Shown here piece by piece: positions 19,954 through 29,857 of a stretch of 64,000 bases of DNA (within the stretch, counting starts at the first letter, position 1; every line of letters begins with the position of its first letter). The position numbers and the translations under genes are program-made. This DNA comes from Dehalococcoidia bacterium (GTDB lineage: Bacteria; Chloroflexota; Dehalococcoidia; Plut-88900): the NCBI GenBank assembly GCA_963668115.1, contig OY764147.1:281449-345448 (forward strand), given 5' to 3'. Under the pieces are notes generated by a model. It was given only the letters and a program-made list of their open reading frames with translations. It did no database searches and was not told where the DNA came from.

Positions 19954-21504
19954 GTGAAGATAGTCAGCAGCGCGGAGATGCGCGAAATCGAGGACAGATG
20001 TGAGGCGGAGGGGATAGCTACGTCGCGGCTGATGGAGAATGCGGGTCGGGCATTTGCCGAGGAGGTGAAGGAGTGGATGGAAGGGGTGGCGGGGAAGAAC
20101 GTGGTGGTGCTAGTCGGGCCGGGAAATAACGGAGGTGACGGGCTGGTGGCGGCGCGATATTTCCACGACTGGGTTGCGAATGTGGACGTTTGCTTGAGCA
20201 CACCGAGGTCGGAGTCGGACGGGAATCTGTCGCTGCTCACAAAGAGGGGGCTACAGCCGATCGCCGCGTACAAGGAGAGCGGGTTGACGTCGTTGGGGGA
20301 AGCGCTGAGGTCGGCGGAACTAGTTGTAGATGCCGTGCTGGGGACGGGAAGGTCCAGGCCGATTTCGGGAATTATTGAACGGGTCTTCGGGGAACTAAGG
20401 AAAGCGAAGGAAGCGAATGTGCATTTACGGGTGGCGGCGATGGACCTGCCGTCGGGGGTGGATGCGGACTCGGGGCAGGGGGACCCGTCGGGGCCAACGG
20501 CGGACATGACGGTGGCCCTTGGTTATCCGAAGATTGGGATGTTTGCGTTTCCGGGGGCGTCGAGAGTCGGGGAGCTGCGGGTTGCGGACATCGGGATACC
20601 GGATGGGATGGCGGATGAGATTTCGCTGGAGATGCTGACGGGGCCGATGGTGAAAGCGCTGCTGCCGAGGAGGCCGGCGGATGCGCACAAGGGCACCTTC
20701 GGTCGGCTGGTAGCGGTGGCGGGGTCGGGGCAGTACGTTGGGGCGGCATACCTGGCGTGTGCGGCGGCTACGAGAGTCGGGGCCGGATTGGTGACGCTGG
20801 CGTGCTCACCGGTGGTCAGGTCGATAGTCGGGGCCCGGGCGGCGGAGGTGACGTACATTCCATTGGAGGATGGGGTGGGGGTGGAGGGTTGGAGGGCGGC
20901 GATAGAGGAGGGTGTAGAGCAGGCGGATGCGCTGTTGGTCGGGTGCGGGCTGGGGAGGGAGCCTGAGGTATGGGAGCTGGTCAAGGGGCTGCTCCTGGAT
21001 GCGGGCGAGGACGCGACGCCCGCGGTGGTTGATGCGGATGGGCTGAATGCCCTGGCGTCGGAGGAGGGGTGGTGGGAGAGGCTGGGTCGGGAAGCGGTGT
21101 TGACGCCGCATCCGGGGGAGATGTCGAGGCTGATGGGGGCGTCTACGAAGGAGATCCAGGGTGACAGGATCGGGACGGCCCGGGAGGCGGCGGGGAGGTG
21201 GGGCAAGACGGTAGTATTGAAGGGGGCGCACACGGTGGTGGCGCGGGCCGACGGTCGGGCGGTGGTGAGCCCGTTTGCGAACCCGGGGTTGGCGTCGGCG
21301 GGGACGGGGGACGTGCTGGCGGGGGCGATCGCGGGGCTGATGGCGCAGGGGCTGGGGGTGTGGGAGGCGGCGTTGGCCGGGGTGTACCTGCACGGTGTGG
21401 CGGGGGAGATGGGTCGGGAGGAGGTCGGGGAGGCGGGGTTGGTGGCGAGTGACCTGTTGCCGAGGCTGCCGGGGGCGGTGCGGGGGGTGGGGGGTGCGGG
21501 GTGA
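19954..21504 (+). CDS. nnr: Bifunctional NAD(P)H-hydrate epimerase/dehydratase
   Basis: LMENAG, GPGNNGGDG, HKGTFG, LTPHPGE, AGTGDVLAG; GTG start after GAGGAGG. Confidence 0.94.
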   Translation: MKIVSSAEMREIEDRCEAEGIATSRLMENAGRAFAEEVKEWMEGVAGKNVVVLVGPGNNGGDGLVAARYFHDWVANVDVCLSTPRSESDGNLSLLTKRGLQPIAAYKESGLTSLGEALRSAELVVDAVLGTGRSRPISGIIERVFGELRKAKEANVHLRVAAMDLPSGVDADSGQGDPSGPTADMTVALGYPKIGMFAFPGASRVGELRVADIGIPDGMADEISLEMLTGPMVKALLPRRPADAHKGTFGRLVAVAGSGQYVGAAYLACAAATRVGAGLVTLACSPVVRSIVGARAAEVTYIPLEDGVGVEGWRAAIEEGVEQADALLVGCGLGREPEVWELVKGLLLDAGEDATPAVVDADGLNALASEEGWWERLGREAVLTPHPGEMSRLMGASTKEIQGDRIGTAREAAGRWGKTVVLKGAHTVVARADGRAVVSPFANPGLASAGTGDVLAGAIAGLMAQGLGVWEAALAGVYLHGVAGEMGREEVGEAGLVASDLLPRLPGAVRGVGGAG

Positions 21505-21521
21505 ATGCTCGGCATGTGGAA

Positions 21522-21568
21522 TTGATGTGAGTCACGTTATGATGCATAATGACTCATCAGGTGACTCG
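21522..21568 (+). promoter_or_regulatory. vapBC promoter (TTGATG-17-CATAAT) overlapped by TGAGTCA/TGACTCA inverted repeats (probable operator)
   Basis: TGAGTCA 21528-21534, TGACTCA 21550-21556, TGACTCG 21562-21568. Confidence 0.6.
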
Positions 21569-21585
21569 CGGGGAGTGAGTGGATT

Positions 21586-21852
21586 ATGAACCAACTAACT
21601 ATCAGGGGATTCGATGATGAACTTAAAGAGCACATTCGCAAGTTAGCCAAACGCGAAGGCATCTCTTTGAATCGGGCGGCTTTGAAGTTGCTCCGGAGAG
21701 GTGCGGGTATATCGGATGGCAGGTATGGGGAAAACACAATAGGGTCGGCACTGGACCATTTCTTCGGAACTATGAGCAAGGAGGAAGCTGATGAACTGGA
21801 TGCCATAATCGAGGAGGAGTTTGAGAAGATTGATGAGTCGATGTGGAAATGA
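21586..21852 (+). CDS. Ribbon-helix-helix antitoxin (VapB/FitA-like)
   Basis: MNQLTIRGFDDEL..AKREGISLN; ATGA overlap with the PIN toxin. Confidence 0.82.
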   Translation: MNQLTIRGFDDELKEHIRKLAKREGISLNRAALKLLRRGAGISDGRYGENTIGSALDHFFGTMSKEEADELDAIIEEEFEKIDESMWK

Positions 21853-22247
21853 GAATTCTACTGGACACGAATGCGTATTCTCGGCTTGTAAGAGGAGAAC
21901 GGGAAGTGGTGGATCTCGCACGGCGTGCTCAATGGGTGCTGTTCTCTCCTATTGTGTACGGCGAACTGGTATTTGGATTTCGGCTCGGACGTAATTTGGA
22001 GCAGAATTTGTCCACCCTCAACGCATTTATCGGAGCTCCCTATGTTTCATTCCTGAGCATTACAGTGACGACCGCTGACAGATACTCGAGAATTGCTGCG
22101 TCTCAAAGGTCCAAGGGCCGGCTGATACCGACCAATGACATGTGGATAGCAGCACATGCGATGGAGACGGGGGCAGATTTAGTTTCGGCGGACAGACACT
22201 TCAAGTATGTGGACGGGATCGCGCTGGTGTCCATAGAGGCTAACTGA
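21849..22247 (+). CDS. vapC: PIN-domain toxin VapC
   Basis: ILLDTNAY, NDMWIAAHA, SADRHF. Confidence 0.92.
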   Translation: MRILLDTNAYSRLVRGEREVVDLARRAQWVLFSPIVYGELVFGFRLGRNLEQNLSTLNAFIGAPYVSFLSITVTTADRYSRIAASQRSKGRLIPTNDMWIAAHAMETGADLVSADRHFKYVDGIALVSIEAN

Positions 22248-22258
22248 GTCCAGGTGCC

Positions 22259-23026
22259 ATGCTTCTGGCCATAGACATAGGGAATACGAACATAACCCTG
22301 GGGGTGTATGACGGGGAGTCGTTGGCGGCGACATGGCGGATATCGACGGACGTTAACAAGCAGGCCGACGAGTACGCCGTGCTGTTCAACGGGCTGCTGC
22401 AGACGCGTGATATGGCAAACTCCATGATCACGGAGATTGCTGTGTGCAGCGTCGTACCGCCTCTGACTGGGGTATTCGAAGAGTTCTGCCAGAAGCAGTT
22501 CGGATTGAGGCCGCTGGTGGTGGGGATGGGGGTGAAGACGGGGATGCGCATCTTGTACGAGAACCCGAGGGATGTGGGCGCGGACCGGGTAGCCGATGCG
22601 GTGGCGGCATACCAGAAGTATGGCGGACCGGTGATAGTGGTGGACCTGGGAACGGCGACGGTGTTTGACGCTATTTCCAAGGACGGGGAGTACCTGGGAG
22701 GGGCGATTGCACCGGGGCTCGGGGTGGCTGCGGAAGCCCTGGTTGCGAGGGCGTCAAAGCTGACGAGGGTTGAATTGGAGGCGCCGCCGAACGCGATAGG
22801 CCGGACATCGCCGGCGAGCATGCAGTCGGGGCTGATTTACGGGTACGTGGGACTGATAGAGGGGTTGGTGGCGAGGTTCAAGAAGGAGCTCGGGGGTAGG
22901 GCGAGGGTGGTGGGGACGGGGGGGCTTGCATCGATAATGGCGGGTGAGACGGACGTGCTGGACGAAGTGGACCCGGACCTGACGTTGGAAGGCCTGAAGC
23001 TGATCCACGAGATGAACCCGAGATGA
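22259..23026 (+). CDS. coaX: Type III pantothenate kinase
   Basis: DIGNTN, GADR, DLGTAT, GGAIAPG. Confidence 0.96.
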   Translation: MLLAIDIGNTNITLGVYDGESLAATWRISTDVNKQADEYAVLFNGLLQTRDMANSMITEIAVCSVVPPLTGVFEEFCQKQFGLRPLVVGMGVKTGMRILYENPRDVGADRVADAVAAYQKYGGPVIVVDLGTATVFDAISKDGEYLGGAIAPGLGVAAEALVARASKLTRVELEAPPNAIGRTSPASMQSGLIYGYVGLIEGLVARFKKELGGRARVVGTGGLASIMAGETDVLDEVDPDLTLEGLKLIHEMNPR

Positions 23027-24243
23027 GCAACGTGATGCAAAGTCGGGGGAGGGGGCTGGGGGGGAGGCGTATCGTGCTGGGGGTGACGGGAAGCATCGCG
23101 GCGTACAAGGCAGCGGATTTGACGAGCAAGCTGGTACAACAGGGGGCAGTGGTGGACGTGGTGATGAGCGAAGGGGCGACACAGTTCGTATCGCCGTTGA
23201 CGTTTCGAAGCCTGACGCACAGGCCGGTACTGCATCAGCTTTTCGACCCGGCATCCGACGCGGGGATAGAGCACGTGGCCCTGGCGGAGGGATGTGATGC
23301 AATTCTGGTTGCTCCTGCCACAGCAAACTTGATCGCAAAGGCGGCAAATGGGTTGGCGGACGACCTGCTGACCTGCATGTTGCTGGCCACGCGGAGGCCC
23401 GTCGTACTTGCCCCTGCAATGGACGGGTACATGTTCGAAAACCCGGCGACACAGGAGAATGTTGCAAGGCTGGCGGGACGGGGGTGGGCGTTTGTGGGGC
23501 CGGGGGAGGGGAGGCTGGCGTCGGGGCTGGTAGGTCGGGGGAGGATGGCGGACGTGGAGGACATAGTCGGGGGGCTGAAGCAGGTGTTGGGTCGGGAGGG
23601 GGACCTGGCGGGGAAGTCTGTGGTTGTAACGGCGGGGGGGACGCAGGAGCCGCTTGACCCGGTGAGACATATCGGGAACAGGTCGTCGGGGAAGATGGGG
23701 TATGCGTTGGCGGAAGCGGCTCGGGACAGGGGGGCGGCGGTAACTTTGGTGTCGGCGCAGACGGCTTTAGGGCCGCCCTATGGTGTGGAATTTATCCAGG
23801 CGGATACAGCGGAGGAGATGTGGAAGGCGGTGGTAGCCCAGGCTTCGGAGGCAGACATACTGGTTATGGCGGCTGCTATTGCCGACTTTCGGCCCGCGGC
23901 GGAGGCGGAGCACAAGATCAAGAAGTCGGGTGGGGGGCTGATGTTGGAGCTGGCACAGACGGCGGACGTGCTGGCGGAGGCGTCTGGGGAAAAGCTGGTG
24001 AAGGTGGGGTTTGCGGCGGAGAGCCAGGACCTGGAATCCAACGCCAGGGATAAGATGCTGAGGAAGGGTGTCGACCTGATGGTGGCCAACGACATAACGG
24101 GTGAGGGGAGCGGGTTCGGGTCGGACACGAACCGGGTGGTGCTCATTGACAGGGATGGCGGGAAAGAGGAGCTGCCGTTGCTTCCCAAGGAGGAGGTGGC
24201 GCACATAGTGCTGGACCGGGCGGCGGAGATAAGGAAGGGATAG
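23023..24243 (+). CDS. coaBC: Phosphopantothenoylcysteine decarboxylase/ligase
   Basis: GSIAAYK, APATAN, NRSSGKMG, GFAAE. Confidence 0.96.
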   Translation: MSNVMQSRGRGLGGRRIVLGVTGSIAAYKAADLTSKLVQQGAVVDVVMSEGATQFVSPLTFRSLTHRPVLHQLFDPASDAGIEHVALAEGCDAILVAPATANLIAKAANGLADDLLTCMLLATRRPVVLAPAMDGYMFENPATQENVARLAGRGWAFVGPGEGRLASGLVGRGRMADVEDIVGGLKQVLGREGDLAGKSVVVTAGGTQEPLDPVRHIGNRSSGKMGYALAEAARDRGAAVTLVSAQTALGPPYGVEFIQADTAEEMWKAVVAQASEADILVMAAAIADFRPAAEAEHKIKKSGGGLMLELAQTADVLAEASGEKLVKVGFAAESQDLESNARDKMLRKGVDLMVANDITGEGSGFGSDTNRVVLIDRDGGKEELPLLPKEEVAHIVLDRAAEIRKG

Positions 24244-24247
24244 GGGG

Positions 24248-25528
24248 TCAGGCCTCGGTGGAGGTGGGGGGTGGGGCGGGTCTGGGGACACGGATTCCTT
24301 TGAAGATTCCGAATATGGACGCGCCTGCCACGGCGAGGACGATGGACTCGACGAGGAAGACGCGTCGGTGGCCGATGCTCCAGGCCAGTGCGCCTCCGGT
24401 CAAGGGGCCCAGGCCCCAGGCCATAGCGGAGGCGGAGTTGAGGATTCCAAAGGCCGCGCCCAGGTGCTTTCTCGGAAGCATGAGGCCGACTATCGAGCTT
24501 AGGGAAGTCATCATCGCCCCGTTAAACAGACCCGACAGGGCAAAGAGCAGGACGAATAGGTAGAACTGGTGGTTGAAGAACTGGGGCAAAAGGGCTAGAG
24601 AAGCGCCGAGGCAGGAGACGATGAGGACGATTCGGAGGTTTAACTTCGATGCCATCCTGCCAATGAAAATGGCGCTGACGCCCGAGCAGAACCCGAGAAC
24701 TCCGAAGGCCAGGCCCGTGTCGAAGACGGCCCGGTTTGCCTCCGTGATGGACTGGATGAAGCCGGGGGCGACGGGAGCTAGGACGGTCGGGGCGCCCTGG
24801 ATGATGGGGACGAAGAGGAGGGCTGGTAGGAGGCCCTTGGTGGCTAGGACCTGTCGGGTCTCCGAGAAGAGTGCCAGAGGAGAGCCGCTCTTGTCGCTGG
24901 ACCGCTGGAAGGACTCCTTGACGAAAAACAGGATCATCAGGCCGGCAGCAAATACGAATCCGGACGAAATGAAATAGGTTGTCCTGAACCCGAAGGCCTG
25001 GGCAAGCTGGCCTCCTATGAATGGCGAGATGGTGATGGAGAAGTAGCTGGTGAACTGGAGGAGTCCGACCACGAGGGGAAGGCGGTTGCTGGGGACGAAG
25101 GAACCGGCGAGGGCCATAGCTGCGCCGACGCTGCCTGAAACTCCGCCGTGAAGGATTCGGATGCCGATGAGCTGGGGGATGTTAGTGATGAGGCCGGAGA
25201 ACATGAGGACGAGGGTCCCGGCAGCGTAGGCGCGGACGAGCATGGGCTTGCGGCCATAGGTGTCGGCGAGGTGGCCCCAGAAGGGGCCGGCGAGACCCAT
25301 AAAGAGGGCGAAGACACCGGAAGACGCACCGGCCCAGAAGGCCGCGTCGGCAACGGACTTTACTCCCAACTCCTGCTCGATGAAGAGGGGGTAGAAGGGC
25401 TGCATGAAGGACCAGCCGATAGAGGCAATGCCCTGGGCGAGGCAGACCATGGCCACCTGCCTCTTCCATCCTTCAAGGTTGTACAACAGAAGGAAGGGGA
25501 CGAGGGGGGCTCGGGGGAGGGAACGCAC
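24248..25528 (-). CDS. MFS transporter (DHA1-like)
   Basis: About 12 hydrophobic segments, WGHLADTYGRK motif A; GTG start overlapping the metF stop is inferred. Confidence 0.85.
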   Translation of the reverse strand: MRSLPRAPLVPFLLLYNLEGWKRQVAMVCLAQGIASIGWSFMQPFYPLFIEQELGVKSVADAAFWAGASSGVFALFMGLAGPFWGHLADTYGRKPMLVRAYAAGTLVLMFSGLITNIPQLIGIRILHGGVSGSVGAAMALAGSFVPSNRLPLVVGLLQFTSYFSITISPFIGGQLAQAFGFRTTYFISSGFVFAAGLMILFFVKESFQRSSDKSGSPLALFSETRQVLATKGLLPALLFVPIIQGAPTVLAPVAPGFIQSITEANRAVFDTGLAFGVLGFCSGVSAIFIGRMASKLNLRIVLIVSCLGASLALLPQFFNHQFYLFVLLFALSGLFNGAMMTSLSSIVGLMLPRKHLGAAFGILNSASAMAWGLGPLTGGALAWSIGHRRVFLVESIVLAVAGASIFGIFKGIRVPRPAPPPTSTEA

Positions 25529-26433
25529 TAGGCGGGGCCCGGGGACCCGGGGTTGGACTCGGAAGCCTTGATACCTGAAATTTGCATTAGCCGGGGAATG
25601 TCGCTCTCCCATCCCATTGGCATGATGTGGACGCCTCGGGTGAGGGGTGCGACCTGGGAGATGATCCGGGAGGCTATTTCGATTCCCTTCTCCCGTTTGT
25701 TTTCGGCGGCGTCCATTTCGTCGATCAAGGCCTGGGGTACGACGATGCCGGGAACGTTGCTATTGAGATAGCGGGCCATGCGGCCGGAGTGGAGAACGAG
25801 GATGCCGGCCAGGATGGGGACGTCCAAGGGGCGGGCCATTTCCATAAATCGGGCGAACTGCTCGGGGTCGTAGACGGCCTGGGTCTGGAAGAAACGGACA
25901 CCGGCCTCGACTTTCTGCTCCATCCGGCCAACTTCGATGTCGATGTCCGAGGCTCCGGGGTTGGCGGCTGCGCCGAGGCAGAAACTGGGAACTCCGTTCA
26001 GGTCGTTGCCGGCCAGATCTTGCCCGGACTCCATTTGCGAGGCTGCCCGAATCAAGTCTATTACGGAGAGGTCGAAGACGGGTTTGGCGTCAGGGTGGTC
26101 ACCCGTGCCGGTGGGGTCTCCGGTCAGGCACAGGATGTTCCGGATGCCAAGAACGTGGGCACCGAGGAGGTCGGACTGGAGGGCGATGCGGTTGCGGTCT
26201 CGACAGGTGAATTGGCAGATGGGCTCGATCCCCTTTTCGAGAAGGACCTTGCCAAGGGGCAGGGGGCCAAGGCGCATTACGGATGCGTTCTGGTCCGTGA
26301 CGTTGACTGCGTCCACGGAGGACAGGGGGTCGAGGAGTGAAAGGGCAGGCCCGAGATTGACGCCCTTGGGGGGCGTGATCTCGGCGGTGACCAGAAAGGA
26401 ACCTGACTTGAGCTTTTCTCCAAATCCGGGCAC
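25528..26433 (-). CDS. metF: Methylenetetrahydrofolate reductase
   Basis: EITPPKG, TCRDRNRIALQ, LTGDP, FFQTQ; divergent from folD. Confidence 0.88.
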   Translation of the reverse strand: MPGFGEKLKSGSFLVTAEITPPKGVNLGPALSLLDPLSSVDAVNVTDQNASVMRLGPLPLGKVLLEKGIEPICQFTCRDRNRIALQSDLLGAHVLGIRNILCLTGDPTGTGDHPDAKPVFDLSVIDLIRAASQMESGQDLAGNDLNGVPSFCLGAAANPGASDIDIEVGRMEQKVEAGVRFFQTQAVYDPEQFARFMEMARPLDVPILAGILVLHSGRMARYLNSNVPGIVVPQALIDEMDAAENKREKGIEIASRIISQVAPLTRGVHIMPMGWESDIPRLMQISGIKASESNPGSPGPA

Positions 26434-26590
26434 AGACCTGTCCTCAATTATCTATTGAGGGAGCCGTTTCGGCTCCCCCTGCACATATAGTAAACCCACA
26501 GGCCTAATTTCGTCATCCAAAGGGGGTTGCGGTTATTTGTGAAATTTGGTACATTGAGCCTGTTCCATATTTCACAAAGGCGCTGCCGGT

Positions 26591-27529
26591 ATGACTGCTG
26601 AACTAATCGACGGACGAGGGATAGCTGGAAAAGTGCGGGACGAGGTACGGAGTGGGGTGGAAGAGTTGAAAAGGAAGACCGGGGTAGTCCCCAAACTGGC
26701 AGTGGTGATGGTAGGGAACGATCCTGCCTCAGACGTGTACGTGAAGACGAAAGAGAAGGCTGCGAAGTCGGTGGGGATCGAGACACGGACGGTTAGGCTT
26801 GGGGCGGACGTATCCGAAAAAGAAGTGATCAGCCTGCTGGACTGCCTGAACGACGATGAATCGATCCACGGAGTACTGGTTCAGCTGCCGTTGCCAGAGC
26901 ACGTGGACCCGTTGAGGGTTGCCAGTGCGGTCGACCCGATGAAAGACGTGGATGGACTGCACCCAGACAACGTCGGGCTTCTGCTTATCGGTGCGCCGAG
27001 GTTTGTGCCGTGCACGCCGGCGGGGATCCAGAGGATGTTGGTGGAGTCGGGGGTTACGACGGAGGGGAAGCACGTGGTCATATGCGGGAGAAGCATGATA
27101 GTGGGCAGGCCACTGGCTGCGCTAATGATGCAGAAGCATGCTGCGGCCAACGCAACGGTCACGGTCGCCCACACCGGAACAAAGCACTTAGCCGACGTGA
27201 CAAGGCGAGCCGACATCCTAGTGGCGGCTATCGATCAGCCTGAAGGGATCAAGGCGGAAATGGTGAAGCCCGGGGCGGTGGCGATAGACGTCGGGGTGCA
27301 CAGGCTGGAAGACGGGTCTAGAAAAAAGGGATACCGGCTTGTGGGAGACGTCGATTTCGAGGAGGTGAAAGGGAAGGCGAGCGTTATTAGTCCCGTGCCG
27401 GGCGGCGTGGGACCGATGACCGTGGCGATGCTCCTGGTGAACACGCTCAAGGCTGCGACCATGGCGGTGAGGCCTGATGAGTACATTGACCGGGAACCCG
27501 TGGATATTCAGTTGCTTTCGGTGGGATAA
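26591..27529 (+). CDS. folD: Methylene-THF dehydrogenase/cyclohydrolase
   Basis: VQLPLP, KDVDG, PCTPAG, PVPGGVGPMT. Confidence 0.97.
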   Translation: MTAELIDGRGIAGKVRDEVRSGVEELKRKTGVVPKLAVVMVGNDPASDVYVKTKEKAAKSVGIETRTVRLGADVSEKEVISLLDCLNDDESIHGVLVQLPLPEHVDPLRVASAVDPMKDVDGLHPDNVGLLLIGAPRFVPCTPAGIQRMLVESGVTTEGKHVVICGRSMIVGRPLAALMMQKHAAANATVTVAHTGTKHLADVTRRADILVAAIDQPEGIKAEMVKPGAVAIDVGVHRLEDGSRKKGYRLVGDVDFEEVKGKASVISPVPGGVGPMTVAMLLVNTLKAATMAVRPDEYIDREPVDIQLLSVG

Positions 27530-27653
27530 AGGGGTATAACTTCCTATCCTGCCAGACGTTACATACAAGAGAGGGCCAAAGGACATACGACTAGAAAGGA
27601 CAGGTAGTAAGGAGGGATGCACAAGGAGTTTGTGCTATTGTTATATAAAACAA

Positions 27654-27682
27654 TTGACAAATTATGCAAATGAGCGTATCCT
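27654..27682 (+). promoter_or_regulatory. Promoter TTGACA-17-TATCCT upstream of the sigma factor gene
   Basis: AT-rich region, with attgtt-N6-aacaat palindrome abutting the -35. Confidence 0.6.
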
Positions 27683-27714
27683 AAGCGTGAATAACCCCGG
27701 ATAACGGGTTTGCA

Positions 27715-28764
27715 ATGGAGTGCAAGCATAAAGTCATGAACAAGGAAATGGTAACCACATACAACATAGAGTCGGTTCTGGAGAGCCTGGACGAAGAAGA
27801 GGGCCTCGGTCTGGTAAGCACGGCGGTAGTCGAGGAGACCGAGGACAAGCAGGCCCAGCAGGAGCTGGTAGACGAGCCTCTGAAGGCTTACCTGAAGGAG
27901 ATAGGCGCCTCGGAGCTTTTGACCTTCGAAGAAGAGAAGGCACTGGCGAGGGCCATTGAATTCGGCGCCGAGGCGAAGGCGAAGCTGGAAGGCGGCGCGT
28001 CGGACGTCGAGGGCCGGTTGTCGTTGCAGCAGGCGGTGAAGGTAGGGGAGTCGGCGAGGCGGCGGATGACGGAGTCGAACCTCCGGCTGGTGGTAAGCAT
28101 CGCCAAGAAGTACCAGGGCAAAGGGCTGCCGCTGCTGGACCTGATACAGGAAGGCAACCTCGGGCTCTTGAGGGCGGTGGACAAGTACGACTACCGTCGG
28201 GGGTTCCGGTTCAGCACGTACGCGACCTGGTGGATACGCCAGGGCGTAATGCGGGCACTGACGGACAAGGGCCACACCATACGGCTGCCCGTGCACCTGA
28301 GCGAGACGGCGTCCAAGGTAGAGAAGGCCACCCAGGCCTTGACCCAGGAGCTGGGCAGGCGCCCGCAGGGTGAAGAGATATCCGAGGCAACCGGCATAGA
28401 CCAGGCCAAGATCAAACGGATCATGCGGGCATGGCAGCAGCCGGCCTCGCTGGACCAGCCGCAGGGAAGCGCGGGTCTGCTCCTCGGGAGCACGCTTACG
28501 GACAACGAAGCCCCCACCCCCGAGGAAACCCTGTCCCAGACCATGCTGAGAGGGCACCTAGACACGATGTTGAGTGAGCTGAACCCTCGGGAGAGGGAAG
28601 TGCTGGAGATGAGGTTCGGCCTCAGGGACGGCATGGAGCACACGCTGAAAGACATCGGGGAGGTGCTGGGGGTAACCCGGGAACGGGTGCGGCAGATCCA
28701 GAGCGCGGCCGTGGCGAAGCTGAACAGGGAGTCGACGAGGGAAATGCTGGAGGGTTACCTGTAG
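27715..28764 (+). CDS. RpoD/SigA-like sigma-70 factor without a full region 1.1
   Basis: YLKEIG, NLRLVVSIAKKY, DLIQEGN, FSTYATWWIRQ, TRERVRQI. Confidence 0.9.
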   Translation: MECKHKVMNKEMVTTYNIESVLESLDEEEGLGLVSTAVVEETEDKQAQQELVDEPLKAYLKEIGASELLTFEEEKALARAIEFGAEAKAKLEGGASDVEGRLSLQQAVKVGESARRRMTESNLRLVVSIAKKYQGKGLPLLDLIQEGNLGLLRAVDKYDYRRGFRFSTYATWWIRQGVMRALTDKGHTIRLPVHLSETASKVEKATQALTQELGRRPQGEEISEATGIDQAKIKRIMRAWQQPASLDQPQGSAGLLLGSTLTDNEAPTPEETLSQTMLRGHLDTMLSELNPREREVLEMRFGLRDGMEHTLKDIGEVLGVTRERVRQIQSAAVAKLNRESTREMLEGYL

Positions 28765-28883
28765 GAACCGTGCGGCGATCCCGGACTCGCGTCCCTGTGA
28801 CAAGAGACGAGGGGTGAAGGCGCTGAGCGCTTTCACCCTATTCTTTTGCAAAGGCAGAAAGGAAAAGGAGCAAGGTATTCGCT

Positions 28884-29771
28884 GTGAACAATAGCCCGAC
28901 AATTGCTCGTCCGACGTGGGTGTCGGCCGAGATGTTTCCGTTCGAGAGTCGGTTCTTCACCACAAGAGATGGCCATTCGATGCACTACGTGGACGAAGGG
29001 TCGGGGAGCCCTATTGTCTTCGTGCATGGAAATCCGACATGGTCATTCGAGTTTCGACACCTGATAGCCGGGCTTCGGTCCGAGTTCAGGTGCATTGCGG
29101 CGGACCACGTGGGATTCGGGTTGTCGTCACGCAGTAACCGTAGAGAGAACCACCATCCAGCGGCCCATGCGGATAGATTCAGTGAGCTGATGGAGAGTCT
29201 GGACGTTCGGGATGTGACGCTCTTCATGTCGGACTGGGGTGGACCTATCGGGCTGGAGTTCGCGCGCAGGCACCCCGACCGGGTAAGCCGGATTGTGATT
29301 GCCAACACGTGGTGTTGGCCGGTGTCCCGGGACTTTCACTTTATCCAATTCAGCTGCGCGATGCGGAGCTGGCTGGGACAGTTGCTTATCAAGAGGTTCA
29401 ATTTCTTCGTTAACAAGGTCATGCCCAAGGCGGTCGGAAGTAAGGAGATTCTTACAGCGGAGGTGATGGAACACTACCGGAAAGCTCAGCCGAAGGGTGG
29501 GAGGTCAGCATGCGCTGCATTGCCGGGGCACATAGTCGGGGCCTCGGACTTTCTTGGATCAATTTGGGAGGAACGGCAAAAATTCGTCAACAAGCCGGCC
29601 CTGATATTTTGGGGATTCCGTGACATAGCGTTTCGTAGAAAAGAGCTTGAACGTTGGAAGCGGGAGCTTTCGAATTATACGGTAGAGGAGTTGGAGGATT
29701 GTGGCCATTTCATCGCGGAAGAGGCCCCGGAAAGAGTTTTGCCGATTCTTCGAGAATTCATGTTGAAGTAA
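28884..29771 (+). CDS. Alpha/beta hydrolase, haloalkane dehalogenase-like
   Basis: HGNPTWS, DWGG nucleophile elbow, GHF. Confidence 0.85.
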   Translation: MNNSPTIARPTWVSAEMFPFESRFFTTRDGHSMHYVDEGSGSPIVFVHGNPTWSFEFRHLIAGLRSEFRCIAADHVGFGLSSRSNRRENHHPAAHADRFSELMESLDVRDVTLFMSDWGGPIGLEFARRHPDRVSRIVIANTWCWPVSRDFHFIQFSCAMRSWLGQLLIKRFNFFVNKVMPKAVGSKEILTAEVMEHYRKAQPKGGRSACAALPGHIVGASDFLGSIWEERQKFVNKPALIFWGFRDIAFRRKELERWKRELSNYTVEELEDCGHFIAEEAPERVLPILREFMLK

Positions 29772-29857
29772 TCGGTCCGTGGTGGGTCGGGTGAACTAAG
29801 GCAGATTGATATGGGTTCGGGGCTTAACCTATAATTCCCCGCCGTGGGTGCTGGAAA

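Noticed and set aside
26536-26578. Rex operator (TTGTGAA..TTCACAA)
   Set aside because: Half-sites are about 27 nt apart rather than 4.
27617-27673. 18-codon leader ORF upstream of the sigma factor
   Set aside because: The SD is only 1 nt from the ATG and the ORF overlaps the promoter.
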